64,000 bases of DNA, taken from positions 144,793-208,792 of the forward strand of contig CAZTVK010000019.1 in the NCBI GenBank assembly GCA_964617195.1, given 5' to 3'. The position numbers and the translations under genes are program-made. This stretch comes from an uncultured Methanosarcinales archaeon. GTDB taxonomy: Archaea > Nanobdellota > Nanobdellia > Woesearchaeales > ARS49. Below are positions 27,274 to 36,816 of the stretch, piece after piece. The number at the start of each line of letters is the position of its first letter. Position 1 is the first letter of the stretch. Under the pieces are notes generated by a model, which had not been told where the DNA came from, did not search any database, and worked only from the letters and a program-made list of their open reading frames with translations.

Positions 27274-27288
27274 AGCACGGATCGTGCT
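27274..27288. promoter_or_regulatory. palindrome AGCACG-gat-CGTGCT immediately 3' of TATA 'ttttaaataa' of histone gene
   Basis: read directly. Confidence 0.5.
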
Positions 27289-27305
27289 CTTCGAGGTGGT
27301 TTAAG

Positions 27306-27524
27306 ATGGCACAACTCTCGAAAAGACTCATACCGCTCGCTGCAATGGAGCAACTCATTAAACAAGCAGGAGCAGAACGCGTTTCAGACAAGGCAAAAGC
27401 AGCACTAAAAGAAGTGCTTGAAGAATACGCAAAACAAGTCTCAACAGACGCAGTAAAGTTCGCACTACACGCAGGCAGAAAAACCGTCAAGGCAGGAGAC
27501 ATCAAGTTGGCAGTTAAGAAATAA
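27306..27524 (+). CDS. archaeal histone (HMf family)
   Basis: 'IPLAAMEQLIKQAGAERVSDKAKAALKEVLEEYAKQVSTDAVKFALHAGRKTVKAGDIKLAVKK' histone fold. Confidence 0.92.
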   Translation: MAQLSKRLIPLAAMEQLIKQAGAERVSDKAKAALKEVLEEYAKQVSTDAVKFALHAGRKTVKAGDIKLAVKK

Positions 27525-28415
27525 TCACGGCGTAATTCGCATAAAATCATACGCGCTGACAACATTATCAAACGCAGTTCTGGCATCTTCTTCCAGTTCC
27601 AAAGTATTCTTGTAGCGAGCGCTGAAATGAGTAAGAATCAATTTCTTAACACCAGACTTTGAAGCGATCTGCGCAGCCTCTAATGCGGTAAGGTGGCCAT
27701 GCTCAATCGCTTTGTCCTTCAACTTACTAGAATACGTGCTGTCAATAATCAAAATATCAGCATCAGCAGCAAGCTTGTAACAATTGGCATTAACCAAAGT
27801 ATCAGTCATGAACACAATCTTCTTTCCCTTGATTAATGCAGTAGAGTCATCCGCCAAAACCTTCTTTCCCTTGAACTCAACATCCTCACCGCGCTGCAAT
27901 TTTCCCAACAATGGACCATCTGGAATACCCAGCTTTTTCACATAATCAACCTTAATCCTTCGCCTGTCTTTTTCAATGAATGAAAAAGCAACACAAGGAA
28001 CAGCATGCTTCATCGGCAAACTCTCCAAAATAAAATCTTCATCCTCAAAAAATTTTCCCTCATGAACCTCAGTAATCTTGATGTTGAATTTCATCTCAAA
28101 CTCAATACCGCCAAACAAAGCCTGGAAAGCATGCTTGCTCCCTATAGGACCATAAATCTCAACAGACCTGCTAAGCTCCAAAGAAGCAATAGTCAACAAC
28201 AAACCAGGCAAACCCAAAATGTGATCACCATGCCAATGAGAAACACAAATCTTAGTAACTTTTGAAAGCGGAATGCCTGCAATCTTCATCTGCCTTTGAG
28301 TACCCTCACCACAATCAAACAAAACTCCATCTGACTTGAACTCCAAAAACACCGCACTAGGATTCCGCTCCTTGGTCGGCATCATACACGACGTACCCAA
28401 AAAAGTAATCTGCAT
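27525..28415 (-). CDS. rnz: ribonuclease Z (tRNA 3' endonuclease, metallo-beta-lactamase)
   Basis: 'VSHWHGDH' HxHxDH motif; 296 aa. Confidence 0.9.
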   Translation of the reverse strand: MQITFLGTSCMMPTKERNPSAVFLEFKSDGVLFDCGEGTQRQMKIAGIPLSKVTKICVSHWHGDHILGLPGLLLTIASLELSRSVEIYGPIGSKHAFQALFGGIEFEMKFNIKITEVHEGKFFEDEDFILESLPMKHAVPCVAFSFIEKDRRRIKVDYVKKLGIPDGPLLGKLQRGEDVEFKGKKVLADDSTALIKGKKIVFMTDTLVNANCYKLAADADILIIDSTYSSKLKDKAIEHGHLTALEAAQIASKSGVKKLILTHFSARYKNTLELEEDARTAFDNVVSAYDFMRITP

Positions 28416-28486
28416 ACGGTTAATTTCCTCCTCGACATTTATAAACCTATGGCAACCTTTTTAAACATATACTCGAGACTATAAGT

Positions 28487-29014
28487 ATGGACGAAATCAA
28501 AGCACTACTCACAAAAGGCGTTGTCACGACGGAAAACAGTCAGCAAGCTAGAGAACTAAACGAAAAAAGCAGTTATGGAACGCCCCTATCAGACGGCAGA
28601 GTACACCTCTCATTCCTCGAAGCAGTATATCTCGTAGAAAAAGGAAAACTCACAGTCTATGACGGCAAGAAGAAAAAAATAAGTTTTGAAAAACTCGGCG
28701 CGAAAGCAGCACGCTTAGAACACGACTTTTGGACACGCTACCCAGTATTCAAAGACTTTAGAAACAGAGGATATGTAATCAAAACAGCACTCAAATTCGG
28801 AGCAGACTTCCGCATATACGACAGAGGAGTAAAGCCAGGACAAGACCACGCCAAATGGATAGTCTATCCAGTAAAAGAATCAGCAAAACTAACCTGGCAA
28901 GACTTCGCAGCAAAAAACAGAGTAGCCCACAGCACAAAAAAGAAACTACTCATCGCAGTAGTTGATGACGAAGGAGACGTAAGCTATTGGGAAGTCAGAT
29001 GGCTAAGACCATAA
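28487..29014 (+). CDS. endA: tRNA-splicing endonuclease EndA
   Basis: 'LSFLEAVYLVEKGKL' N-domain; catalytic 'KFGADFRIYDRG...HAKWIVYPV'. Confidence 0.85.
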   Translation: MDEIKALLTKGVVTTENSQQARELNEKSSYGTPLSDGRVHLSFLEAVYLVEKGKLTVYDGKKKKISFEKLGAKAARLEHDFWTRYPVFKDFRNRGYVIKTALKFGADFRIYDRGVKPGQDHAKWIVYPVKESAKLTWQDFAAKNRVAHSTKKKLLIAVVDDEGDVSYWEVRWLRP

Positions 29015-29047
29015 AACTATATAAACCACAACTCCTGCAAAATTCTT

Positions 29048-29935
29048 ATGGAATATAGAGATAAAATACTCTCACTGGCGCAAGCACAACCATTGCTCCC
29101 AAACACAGTAGCCAAAGCACTCAGCACGGACAGCATCATGGCAGGAGCCATGCTTTCAGAAATGTGCAGCAAAGGGCTTCTGAAAACATCAGCGCTCAGA
29201 GTAGGAGGAAGCCCGCTCTACCTAATACCAGGCAAAGAAGAACAATTACTCAACCACCTCCAAAGCCTCAACGAAAAAGACAGAAGAACAGTCCTGAAAC
29301 TCCAAGAAGAAAAAATCATCAGAGAACAAGAATCAGACCCATTTACCAGAGTCAGCCTTGCAACAATAAAAGACTTCGCCAAACCATTAACCGTAACGTA
29401 CGATGGCAAACAAGAAACATTCTGGAAATGGTTCACACTAACAGACAAAGAAGCAGAAGACAACATCAGACAAAAACTAGAGCCAACCAAAATTCAAGAG
29501 CAGCCAAAACAAGTACAGCCGGAAAAACCAAAAACACAAGAACCAGTTGAAAAACCAATCCAGGAAAAAATCAAACAACAAGAACCGCGCCCAGTCCAGG
29601 AAACACTCGCGCCACCACCAGAACCAACCGGAGACTTCTGGGACAAACTCCACACATTCTTCACCCAAAACGACATCACACTTCTGGATAAAACGGCAAT
29701 CAAGAAAAAAACAGACTTCGACCTGACATTAGAAGTCCCATCACCAGTAGGAAAACTAACCTACTATTGCAAAGCAAGAAGCAAGAAAAAACTCACAGAC
29801 GCAGACATCAGCGCAGCATACGTCCAAGGCCAAATCAAAAAATTACCAGTAATACTGCTCACAGACGGAGAACTCACAAAACAAGCACAAGCCATACTTG
29901 GACAGCTCAAAGGCATCACGGTCAAAAAGGTCTAA
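29048..29935 (+). CDS. hypothetical protein: N-terminal wH, Pro/Glu/Lys/Gln-rich linker, C-terminal ~90-aa domain (possible PD-(D/E)xK-like)
   Basis: wH-like N-term; low-complexity 'QPKQVQPEKPKTQEPVEKPIQEK'; C-term 'DFDLTLEV...YYCKARS'. Confidence 0.4.
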   Translation: MEYRDKILSLAQAQPLLPNTVAKALSTDSIMAGAMLSEMCSKGLLKTSALRVGGSPLYLIPGKEEQLLNHLQSLNEKDRRTVLKLQEEKIIREQESDPFTRVSLATIKDFAKPLTVTYDGKQETFWKWFTLTDKEAEDNIRQKLEPTKIQEQPKQVQPEKPKTQEPVEKPIQEKIKQQEPRPVQETLAPPPEPTGDFWDKLHTFFTQNDITLLDKTAIKKKTDFDLTLEVPSPVGKLTYYCKARSKKKLTDADISAAYVQGQIKKLPVILLTDGELTKQAQAILGQLKGITVKKV

Positions 29936-29938
29936 ACA

Positions 29939-30949
29939 ATGGGCGTAAATTTCAAAGAAATCATCATAAAACACCCAACCGCGCTCGAAAAATTCTCAGG
30001 CAAAATACTCATTGTAGACGGCTACAACATGCTCTACCAATTCCTCAGCAACATAAGAGCACGCGACGGAAGCCTACTCACAGACCACCACGGACACGTC
30101 ACAAGCCACCTCATAGGACTATTCTCCCGCGTGACAAACCTAATGCAAAAAAACATCAAATTAGCATTTGTCTTTGACGGAGAAGCGCCAAAACTCAAAC
30201 ACAAAGAATTATCAAAAAGAGCCGAGCTAAAGCAAGAAGCCCAAAAAAAGTATGAAGAAGCACTCTCAACAGAAGATACTGCAGGAATGCAGAAATACGC
30301 GGCAAGAACATCAAGACTAACCAAAGATATGGTAGCACACGCAAAAGAACTCCTCACTTACCTCGGAATTCCCTACGTCCAAGCACCAAGCGAAGGAGAA
30401 GCACAAGCAACATTCATGGTAAAACAAGGACACGGTTGGGCAGTCGCATCACAAGACTACGACAGCCTACTTTACGGAACACCACGCCTCATTCAAAACC
30501 TCTCAGTTGAAGGCAGGCGAAAAATACCGGGAAAATTCGCATACACGACAATCGAACCACAGCTCATAGATCTAGAAGAAAACCTCAAAGCGCTGAATCT
30601 CACCCAAGACCAACTCATCTGGCTAGCAATGCTAATCGGAACAGACTACGCACCAGGAGGCGTCAAAGGCATCGGCCCCAAAAAAGGACTGGCATTAGTC
30701 AAAGAACTCAAAACAGCAGAAGCACTCTTCACACAACAACCACTACCAGACGCCGACTGGAAAGAAGTACTCGAATTATTCAAAAAAATGCCAGTCACAA
30801 GCGATTACGAACTAAAATGGACACCAGTCGACCGCAAAAAACTCCACCAATTTCTAGTAGAACAACACGACTTTTCACCAGAACGCATAGAAAAAACACT
30901 TAACGCCATCGCGCCAGCCAAACACCAAAAAGGACTAGGAGACTTCTAA
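29939..30949 (+). CDS. fen: flap endonuclease FEN-1
   Basis: XPG-N/XPG-I motifs ('ILIVDGYNMLYQF', 'QAPSEGEAQATF'), H3TH; 336 aa. Confidence 0.93.
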   Translation: MGVNFKEIIIKHPTALEKFSGKILIVDGYNMLYQFLSNIRARDGSLLTDHHGHVTSHLIGLFSRVTNLMQKNIKLAFVFDGEAPKLKHKELSKRAELKQEAQKKYEEALSTEDTAGMQKYAARTSRLTKDMVAHAKELLTYLGIPYVQAPSEGEAQATFMVKQGHGWAVASQDYDSLLYGTPRLIQNLSVEGRRKIPGKFAYTTIEPQLIDLEENLKALNLTQDQLIWLAMLIGTDYAPGGVKGIGPKKGLALVKELKTAEALFTQQPLPDADWKEVLELFKKMPVTSDYELKWTPVDRKKLHQFLVEQHDFSPERIEKTLNAIAPAKHQKGLGDF

Positions 30950-31746
30950 TGAACCTCCGCGAAGCACTAAAAGGCAAACTTTCTTCGAAAGAAATGCAAC
31001 TACTCAGAACAAGTTTTGATACCATCGGACAAATCGTCATCATGGAAATCCCACCAGAACTAAAAAAGAAACAAAAAATAATCGGAGACACCATCCTCAA
31101 ACTATTCAAAAACGTCAAAACAGTCGCAGCAGAAATAGGCGAGCACAAAGGAAAATACCGCACACAAGAACTCAAAATTATTTCCGGAGAAAAAAACTTT
31201 GAGACAACACACAAAGAAAGCGGAGTCTCGCTCAAGCTAAATGTCGCGAAATGCTATTATTCGCCCAGACTAGGCTCAGAAAGACTACGCATCGCAAAAC
31301 AAGTCAAAAAAGGAGAAAAAATACTCGTAGCAGGATCCGGCATCGCACCATACCCCCTAATACTTGCGAAACATTCCCCGGCAAAAGAAATAATAGGCAT
31401 AGAAGCCAACCCAACAGCGCACAAATACGCACAAGAAAACATCAAACTCAACAAAGTCAAAAACGTCGCCCTAATCAAAGGCGACATCAGAAAAGCCAAA
31501 CCAGGAAAATATGACAGGATAATCTCAGCCATACCGCACGAAGGAGTAAAACTGGTGCCAGCACTCATGAAGTTCGCAAAAAAAGGAACTATCCTGCACA
31601 TTTACGACTTCGCATTCGAAGAAAACCTTGCAGAACCAGCGCAAAAACTAAAAAAAGTCAAAATACTACGCGTAATCAAAACACAACAAGTAGGCGTCAG
31701 AAGATACAGAGTATGTATTGACGCGAAAGTTACCCAAACATCTTAA
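30949..31746 (+). CDS. Trm5/Taw2-family SAM-dependent tRNA methyltransferase
   Basis: Met-10+ like fold 'ILVAGSGIAPYPLILAKH...IGIEANPTAHKYAQENIKLN...DRIISAIP'. Confidence 0.7.
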   Translation: MNLREALKGKLSSKEMQLLRTSFDTIGQIVIMEIPPELKKKQKIIGDTILKLFKNVKTVAAEIGEHKGKYRTQELKIISGEKNFETTHKESGVSLKLNVAKCYYSPRLGSERLRIAKQVKKGEKILVAGSGIAPYPLILAKHSPAKEIIGIEANPTAHKYAQENIKLNKVKNVALIKGDIRKAKPGKYDRIISAIPHEGVKLVPALMKFAKKGTILHIYDFAFEENLAEPAQKLKKVKILRVIKTQQVGVRRYRVCIDAKVTQTS

Positions 31747-32881
31747 GATAATCGTCGCCTTCAAAATCCACTTCAGCAGCAACTTTATGAACGGCCTGCA
31801 CGAAATCCTGCTCCTTGATCTTTATCCTGTTCTCACGAATCGCGAAATAACCAGCCTCAGTAGCAACTGCCTTGATTTCAGCACCGCTAAAACCATCAAG
31901 CATCTTAATCATCTTATCCATGTTCATCCTGCCAATCGTCATTTTTTGCGTGTGAATCTTGAAAATCTCCCTTCGCGCCTCTTCATTTGGCAAAGGCACA
32001 TGGATCAATCTGTCTAACCTTCCAGGCCTTGTGATGGCAGGGTCAAGAATATCCTTCCTATTAGTACAACCAATAATCTTCACATTATCCAACGGGTCAA
32101 ACCCATCAATCTCAGCCAAAAGCTGCATAAACGTACGCTGAACTTCACGCTCACCAGACGTTCCAATATCAACCCTGACTGCGGCAATCGCATCAAGCTC
32201 ATCAATGAAAATAATACTCGGAGCCTTCTCCCTCGCAAGCTGGAACATCTCCTTAACCAACTTCGCGCCCTCACCAATAAACTTCTGCACCAATTCACTT
32301 CCAACAACTTCGATAAAAGTGCTCTTAGTAGAAGCAGCAACAGCCTTAGCCAGCAAAGTCTTGCCAGTTCCCGGAGGACCATAAAACAAAATACCCTTCG
32401 GAGGCTCAATACCAACCTTCTTGAACAAAGCAGGCTTCAGCAAAGGAAGCTCGATAACTTCCTTAATCTCCCTCTCCTGGTCCTGCAATCCACCAACCTG
32501 CTTCCACGAAACAGTAGGCTTCTCAATAATCACAAATTTGTCAGCATCAAACTTTCTCAACTGTTGCATCTTCCTAACAACAGTCAAGTTCTTCTGCTCA
32601 GCCAACACCATATCCCCCGCAGCAAGCTTCTCACAGCCCTCATTCACTTCAACCATGAACTCATTACCATTCGGAAGTCTGATCAAAACCTTTTCATCAA
32701 TAAAATCACGAACTTCACAAGAAATTAGAGGAGTACGCTTAAACTTTTCAAGCTCACGCTCAAGATTCTCAACACTCTCACGCAGAAAACGATTTTCCTC
32801 TTCCAAACCAGACACATCGGCCTGGTAGCCATATGTAATACTGTCCTTCGTCGTGCTGTTATCTTTGTCAGCCATTGACAC
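31730..32881 (-). CDS. pan: proteasome-activating nucleotidase PAN (AAA+)
   Basis: N-terminal coiled coil, OB, Walker A 'GPPGTGKT', Walker B 'IIFIDELD', C-terminal HbYX-like 'LKMFG'. Confidence 0.93.
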   Translation of the reverse strand: MSMADKDNSTTKDSITYGYQADVSGLEEENRFLRESVENLERELEKFKRTPLISCEVRDFIDEKVLIRLPNGNEFMVEVNEGCEKLAAGDMVLAEQKNLTVVRKMQQLRKFDADKFVIIEKPTVSWKQVGGLQDQEREIKEVIELPLLKPALFKKVGIEPPKGILFYGPPGTGKTLLAKAVAASTKSTFIEVVGSELVQKFIGEGAKLVKEMFQLAREKAPSIIFIDELDAIAAVRVDIGTSGEREVQRTFMQLLAEIDGFDPLDNVKIIGCTNRKDILDPAITRPGRLDRLIHVPLPNEEARREIFKIHTQKMTIGRMNMDKMIKMLDGFSGAEIKAVATEAGYFAIRENRIKIKEQDFVQAVHKVAAEVDFEGDDYLKMFG

Positions 32882-32907
32882 AAAAACACTAATAACTGTA
32901 TTTAAAA

Positions 32908-33927
32908 CTATCTAATAACTCTTAATTCCTTAGAAGCACGAGTCAATATGGTAGAGCCATTATTAGAGACTAAAATGTCATCCTCAATACGAATTCCAAA
33001 CTTTCCCTTATGATACGTTCCAGGCTCAATAGTAACGATATTTCCAGCCTGCAAAGTCCACGGACGAGGCTGAACATCATGCACGTCAATCCCCAGAGAA
33101 TGCCCAACACGATGAATCATCGCCGTTCCAACCTTCTTATGAGCAAACGCATCTATCTGCTCAAACTTAGCACCAGGCACAACTTTTTTGATACACTCCT
33201 CCTGCACTTTCAGCAATCTTTCATAAGTTTTCCTGTCCGCAGAAGACGGATTGCCAACAAAAACAGTCCGGGTAATATCAGAACAATAATTCCTGTAAAT
33301 AATTCCAAAATCAAGCACGACAAAACCAGAAAGCTTAGCAGCAGTAGGAACGTGATGAGGCGTAGCACCATTCTTACCAGATGCAACAATTGATGGAAAG
33401 CTAGGCTCAACTCCAAGCAAACACATCCGAGACTTAAAAAAAGCAGCAACATCCAACTCAGTCTTAAATGACTTAAAATTATCACACAATTCCTCAAACA
33501 ACTTATCAGTCATCCGGCAAGCCTGCGCAGTACGCAAAATTTCCGCTTCAGTCTTCACAACACGCAAGTCCCTGCACTTATCCTCAACACTAGAAAACTC
33601 ACACTTCCACTCACTCTTAACCTTATTCGCCAAATCAAAAGAAACAGCACTAGGAACAATACCAACAACCTTCCCTGGAAATTCCTTTCTCACATCCTTC
33701 AAAAAATCACGACCAACCTGAAAAACATTAACAGAAGCAGTCTTTGAAAAACGCGCAGCCTCAAAACCAGGAACGAACAACAAAGACTCACCAGAAGAAG
33801 GCACGGCAAGACAAGCCATCTCAGGCCTCACACCAGCAAAATAAGTCAGATTCGAATCATCATTAAAGAAAAGAGCAACATCAATCTCCTCATCCTTCAA
33901 ATATTTTTGGAACTCGCGCAATTTCAT
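32908..33927 (-). CDS. M24-family Xaa-Pro aminopeptidase / prolidase
   Basis: pita-bread fold metal ligands 'DFGIIYRNYCSDITRT', 'HRVGHSLGIDVHD', 'EPGTY'. Confidence 0.85.
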   Translation of the reverse strand: MKLREFQKYLKDEEIDVALFFNDDSNLTYFAGVRPEMACLAVPSSGESLLFVPGFEAARFSKTASVNVFQVGRDFLKDVRKEFPGKVVGIVPSAVSFDLANKVKSEWKCEFSSVEDKCRDLRVVKTEAEILRTAQACRMTDKLFEELCDNFKSFKTELDVAAFFKSRMCLLGVEPSFPSIVASGKNGATPHHVPTAAKLSGFVVLDFGIIYRNYCSDITRTVFVGNPSSADRKTYERLLKVQEECIKKVVPGAKFEQIDAFAHKKVGTAMIHRVGHSLGIDVHDVQPRPWTLQAGNIVTIEPGTYHKGKFGIRIEDDILVSNNGSTILTRASKELRVIR

Positions 33928-35012
33928 CTTGTAACTGTGAAACTCTTCACCTGCTCCAGCAGCTTAGCAGGTTTGCCCTTAGCAAAATGCTTCCTAATCG
34001 GCTCAACAAGCCTGTCAATATAGTCAGCCACAGCATTCTTCAAATCCATAGGATGAATCTTGCCGGCAACATACGCAGCCTCTAACTCAGCATAAGACCC
34101 AAAACTAACATCGCCGCCAAACTTCGCAGGACGCTTAATAGTCACTTCATCAAACTTCTCAAAAATAATATATTTCAAATATTCCAGAATCGGGTTTTCC
34201 AATGAAGTTTTTTCAGGGCACCACGCCTTGCCTATTTTCCTCTTAATGTCATCAGAAGAATCATCAACAAAAACAGCGCTGTCAGGATTACTCTTGCTCA
34301 TCTTCAAAGCAATCGCACGCTCAACAGCATCCTTTGCATCAGACTGAGGCTGCTGCAAACCCATCAACATGTGATGGTGCACGGCAACAGGAGTTTTAAA
34401 ACCAAGCTTCGGAGCGAGCTCACGCGCCAAAATGTTAACTTTCCTCTGATCCATGCCCAACTGGCAAATATCAATATCAAGCTGGAAAATATCAGCAGCC
34501 TGCATTACAGGATAAAAAATCTGAGAAGCACTCAACACGTCACTCTCCTTCCTTCCCATAATCTGAGTACATCTCAAAACGCGCTGCAAAGTACTATGCC
34601 TGGCAATCTGCATCACAGTCTTCCAATACTCAGGCTTGTTAACAAAATCAGAACACCAGATAAATTTGACATTATCAACATCCATGCCACAAGCCTTCCA
34701 AACCTCAACAAAATAATTCCCAGCAGTCTGAATCTTGTCCAAATCACCGCCAAACTTGTTATTCGCCCACGCGTGCCAGTCAGCAACCCACATGATAAAC
34801 TTGCAGCCAGACTTCAACATCTTGTTCACATTAACAGAACGCATGATTCCCTGAGCGATATGCATCCTTCCAGAAGGCTCAAACCCATCATAAGCAACAG
34901 GATGCGCTTTTTCGTTCAGAAGCTTCACCAAGTCAGCTTCAGTGATGATCTCCTCGCCAACCTCTTTAATGAGGGCTAACCGTTCCTCAACTTTCATGCC
35001 CACAACACCCAT
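33924..35012 (-). CDS. tyrS: tyrosyl-tRNA synthetase (archaeal type)
   Basis: 'GFEPSGRMHIAQG' , 'KMSKS', C-term 'FGGDVSFGSYAELEAAYVAGKIHPMDLKNAVADYI' closely matching M. jannaschii TyrRS. Confidence 0.88.
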   Translation of the reverse strand: MGVVGMKVEERLALIKEVGEEIITEADLVKLLNEKAHPVAYDGFEPSGRMHIAQGIMRSVNVNKMLKSGCKFIMWVADWHAWANNKFGGDLDKIQTAGNYFVEVWKACGMDVDNVKFIWCSDFVNKPEYWKTVMQIARHSTLQRVLRCTQIMGRKESDVLSASQIFYPVMQAADIFQLDIDICQLGMDQRKVNILARELAPKLGFKTPVAVHHHMLMGLQQPQSDAKDAVERAIALKMSKSNPDSAVFVDDSSDDIKRKIGKAWCPEKTSLENPILEYLKYIIFEKFDEVTIKRPAKFGGDVSFGSYAELEAAYVAGKIHPMDLKNAVADYIDRLVEPIRKHFAKGKPAKLLEQVKSFTVTR

Positions 35013-35054
35013 TCTTTAATCTTATAAATCTTTGCCAAAACAACACAGAAACCT

Positions 35055-35100
35055 ATCGACGAACGAAGTTCGTCGGAGGTCTCGAACAGCTACGCTGTTC
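35055..35100. promoter_or_regulatory. two tandem palindromes CGACGAAC-gaa-GTTCGTCG and TCGAACAGC-tac-GCTGTTCGA just upstream of TATA 'cctttaaatac' of PRC-barrel gene
   Basis: perfect 8- and 9-bp arms, 3-nt centres, read directly. Confidence 0.6.
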
Positions 35101-35160
35101 GAAACCTTTAAATACAATCTCACTCTCAGAAGTGTTATCATTGAAGAAAGGTGATAAGCA

Positions 35161-35421
35161 ATGGACGATCAAAAAAAGTTCTCAAAACAAATAATCGGAA
35201 AGACAGTAGTCAGCAAGAGCGGAAAACGCTTCGGAGAAGTAGGAGACGTAGTCTTTGAAGTCAAAACAGGAGAACTAATCCACGTTGTTCTGAAGAACCC
35301 AACCCAGTACACAGAAAAACTGGAGCTTGAGAAAGGCAAATCAGGAGAATTACTAATACCATACAGCGCAGTCATAGCAACAGGAGACTTCCTAGTTGTA
35401 TCTGAAGAAGATATAGTATAA
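35161..35421 (+). CDS. PRC-barrel domain protein
   Basis: 'IIGKTVVSKSGKRFGEVGDVVFEVKTGELIHVVL' PRC barrel. Confidence 0.6.
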   Translation: MDDQKKFSKQIIGKTVVSKSGKRFGEVGDVVFEVKTGELIHVVLKNPTQYTEKLELEKGKSGELLIPYSAVIATGDFLVVSEEDIV

Positions 35422-35469
35422 TTCTTTGCCACAACAATCTTTTTATAGCTATATACTAGCCAAAACGCT

Positions 35470-36432
35470 ATGGGGGATCAATCATCAGTTATCTGGACAG
35501 AGAAATACCGCCCTAAAACATTCGATGACCTGAAAGGACAGGAAGAAATCATCAGCAAACTACGGGCGTTCGTCAAACAGAAAAACTTGCCACACCTGAT
35601 GTTCACAGGACCAGCAGGAGTAGGCAAAAGCACCCTTGCTTTAGTCATAGCACGCACATTCTTTGGAGAGAATTACAGAGAAAACTTCCTCGAAATGAAC
35701 GCATCAGACGAAAGAGGAATAGACGTCGTACGAGTAAAAGTCAAAGACTTCGCAAGAACAAAAGCAATAGGCGACGTGCCATTCAAAATAATATTTCTGG
35801 ATGAATGCGACGCGCTCACAAAAGAAGCACAACAAGCACTACGCCGAACAATGGAAAACCACACCAGCACATGCCGTTTTATTTTAGCAGCGAATTATAG
35901 CAGCAAAATCATAGACCCAATACAAAGCAGGTGCGCAGTCTTCAGATTCAAACAACTAGCAAAAGAACACGCCATAGCACACATCAACCACATAATAAAA
36001 TCAGAAAACCTCACAATGACAGACACAGCAAAAGACGCACTAGTAAAAGTAGCAGAAGGAGACCTGAGACGAGTAACAAACATACTACAAAGCTGCGCAG
36101 CAGTAGCGAAAGACATCACACCAGAAACAGTCTACTCACTAGCATCATTTGCAGAACCAACAGAAGTCAAAGAAGTCCTTATCGCAGCACTCAAAGGAGA
36201 ATTCATCAAAGCCAGAGAAAAACTACTCGACATAATGCTAAAGTACGGCCTATCAGGACTAGACACCATCAAGCAAATACAAAGCGAAATCTGGAACCTG
36301 GAAATCGACGGAAGAAAAAAAGTTGCGCTGATAGACAAATGCGGAGAAATCGAATTCAGACTAGTAGAAGGCTCAGATGAATTTGTTCAACTAGAAGCAT
36401 TACTCGCCCAGTTTGTTCTCGCGGGCGCGTAA
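35470..36432 (+). CDS. rfcS: replication factor C small subunit
   Basis: 'WTEKYRPKTFDDLKGQ', Walker A 'GPAGVGKST', 'FKIIFLDECDALT', SRC motif 'QSRCAVF'; no intein. Confidence 0.93.
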   Translation: MGDQSSVIWTEKYRPKTFDDLKGQEEIISKLRAFVKQKNLPHLMFTGPAGVGKSTLALVIARTFFGENYRENFLEMNASDERGIDVVRVKVKDFARTKAIGDVPFKIIFLDECDALTKEAQQALRRTMENHTSTCRFILAANYSSKIIDPIQSRCAVFRFKQLAKEHAIAHINHIIKSENLTMTDTAKDALVKVAEGDLRRVTNILQSCAAVAKDITPETVYSLASFAEPTEVKEVLIAALKGEFIKAREKLLDIMLKYGLSGLDTIKQIQSEIWNLEIDGRKKVALIDKCGEIEFRLVEGSDEFVQLEALLAQFVLAGA

Positions 36433-36816
36433 AAACTCAAAAACGTATTTGATAATATCATAATCAGGCGGATTGAATTTCAAATTCAAAGCCTCCTCTT
36501 CTGTAACCATTTTCATTCCCTGGCCTTCTTTCTGATTGAATGAATTCAGTGCAGGAAGTGGCGATGTGAATGCATATACGGTAAAAGTAACTCCAGGCAA
36601 TCGGTGATTAGATTTCTTAATAAAAATAAAATCCTTCAAGTCATACGATAGCTCTTCCTTTGTCTCACGCACCACTGCCTCTTCAGGAGTCTCTCCAGCT
36701 TTAATCCCGCCGCCAAAGAAACCCCATTCTTCGCCGAATTTACTCATATCCTGCCTATCCTGTACCAGAATTTTATCACCTTTAAAGAAAAAGATTAAAG
36801 CAACATCACGATGCAT
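36400..36816 (-). CDS. NUDIX hydrolase
   Basis: Nudix box 'GGGIKAGETPEEAVVRETKEELS'. Confidence 0.8.
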   Translation of the reverse strand: MHRDVALIFFFKGDKILVQDRQDMSKFGEEWGFFGGGIKAGETPEEAVVRETKEELSYDLKDFIFIKKSNHRLPGVTFTVYAFTSPLPALNSFNQKEGQGMKMVTEEEALNLKFNPPDYDIIKYVFEFLRARENKLGE

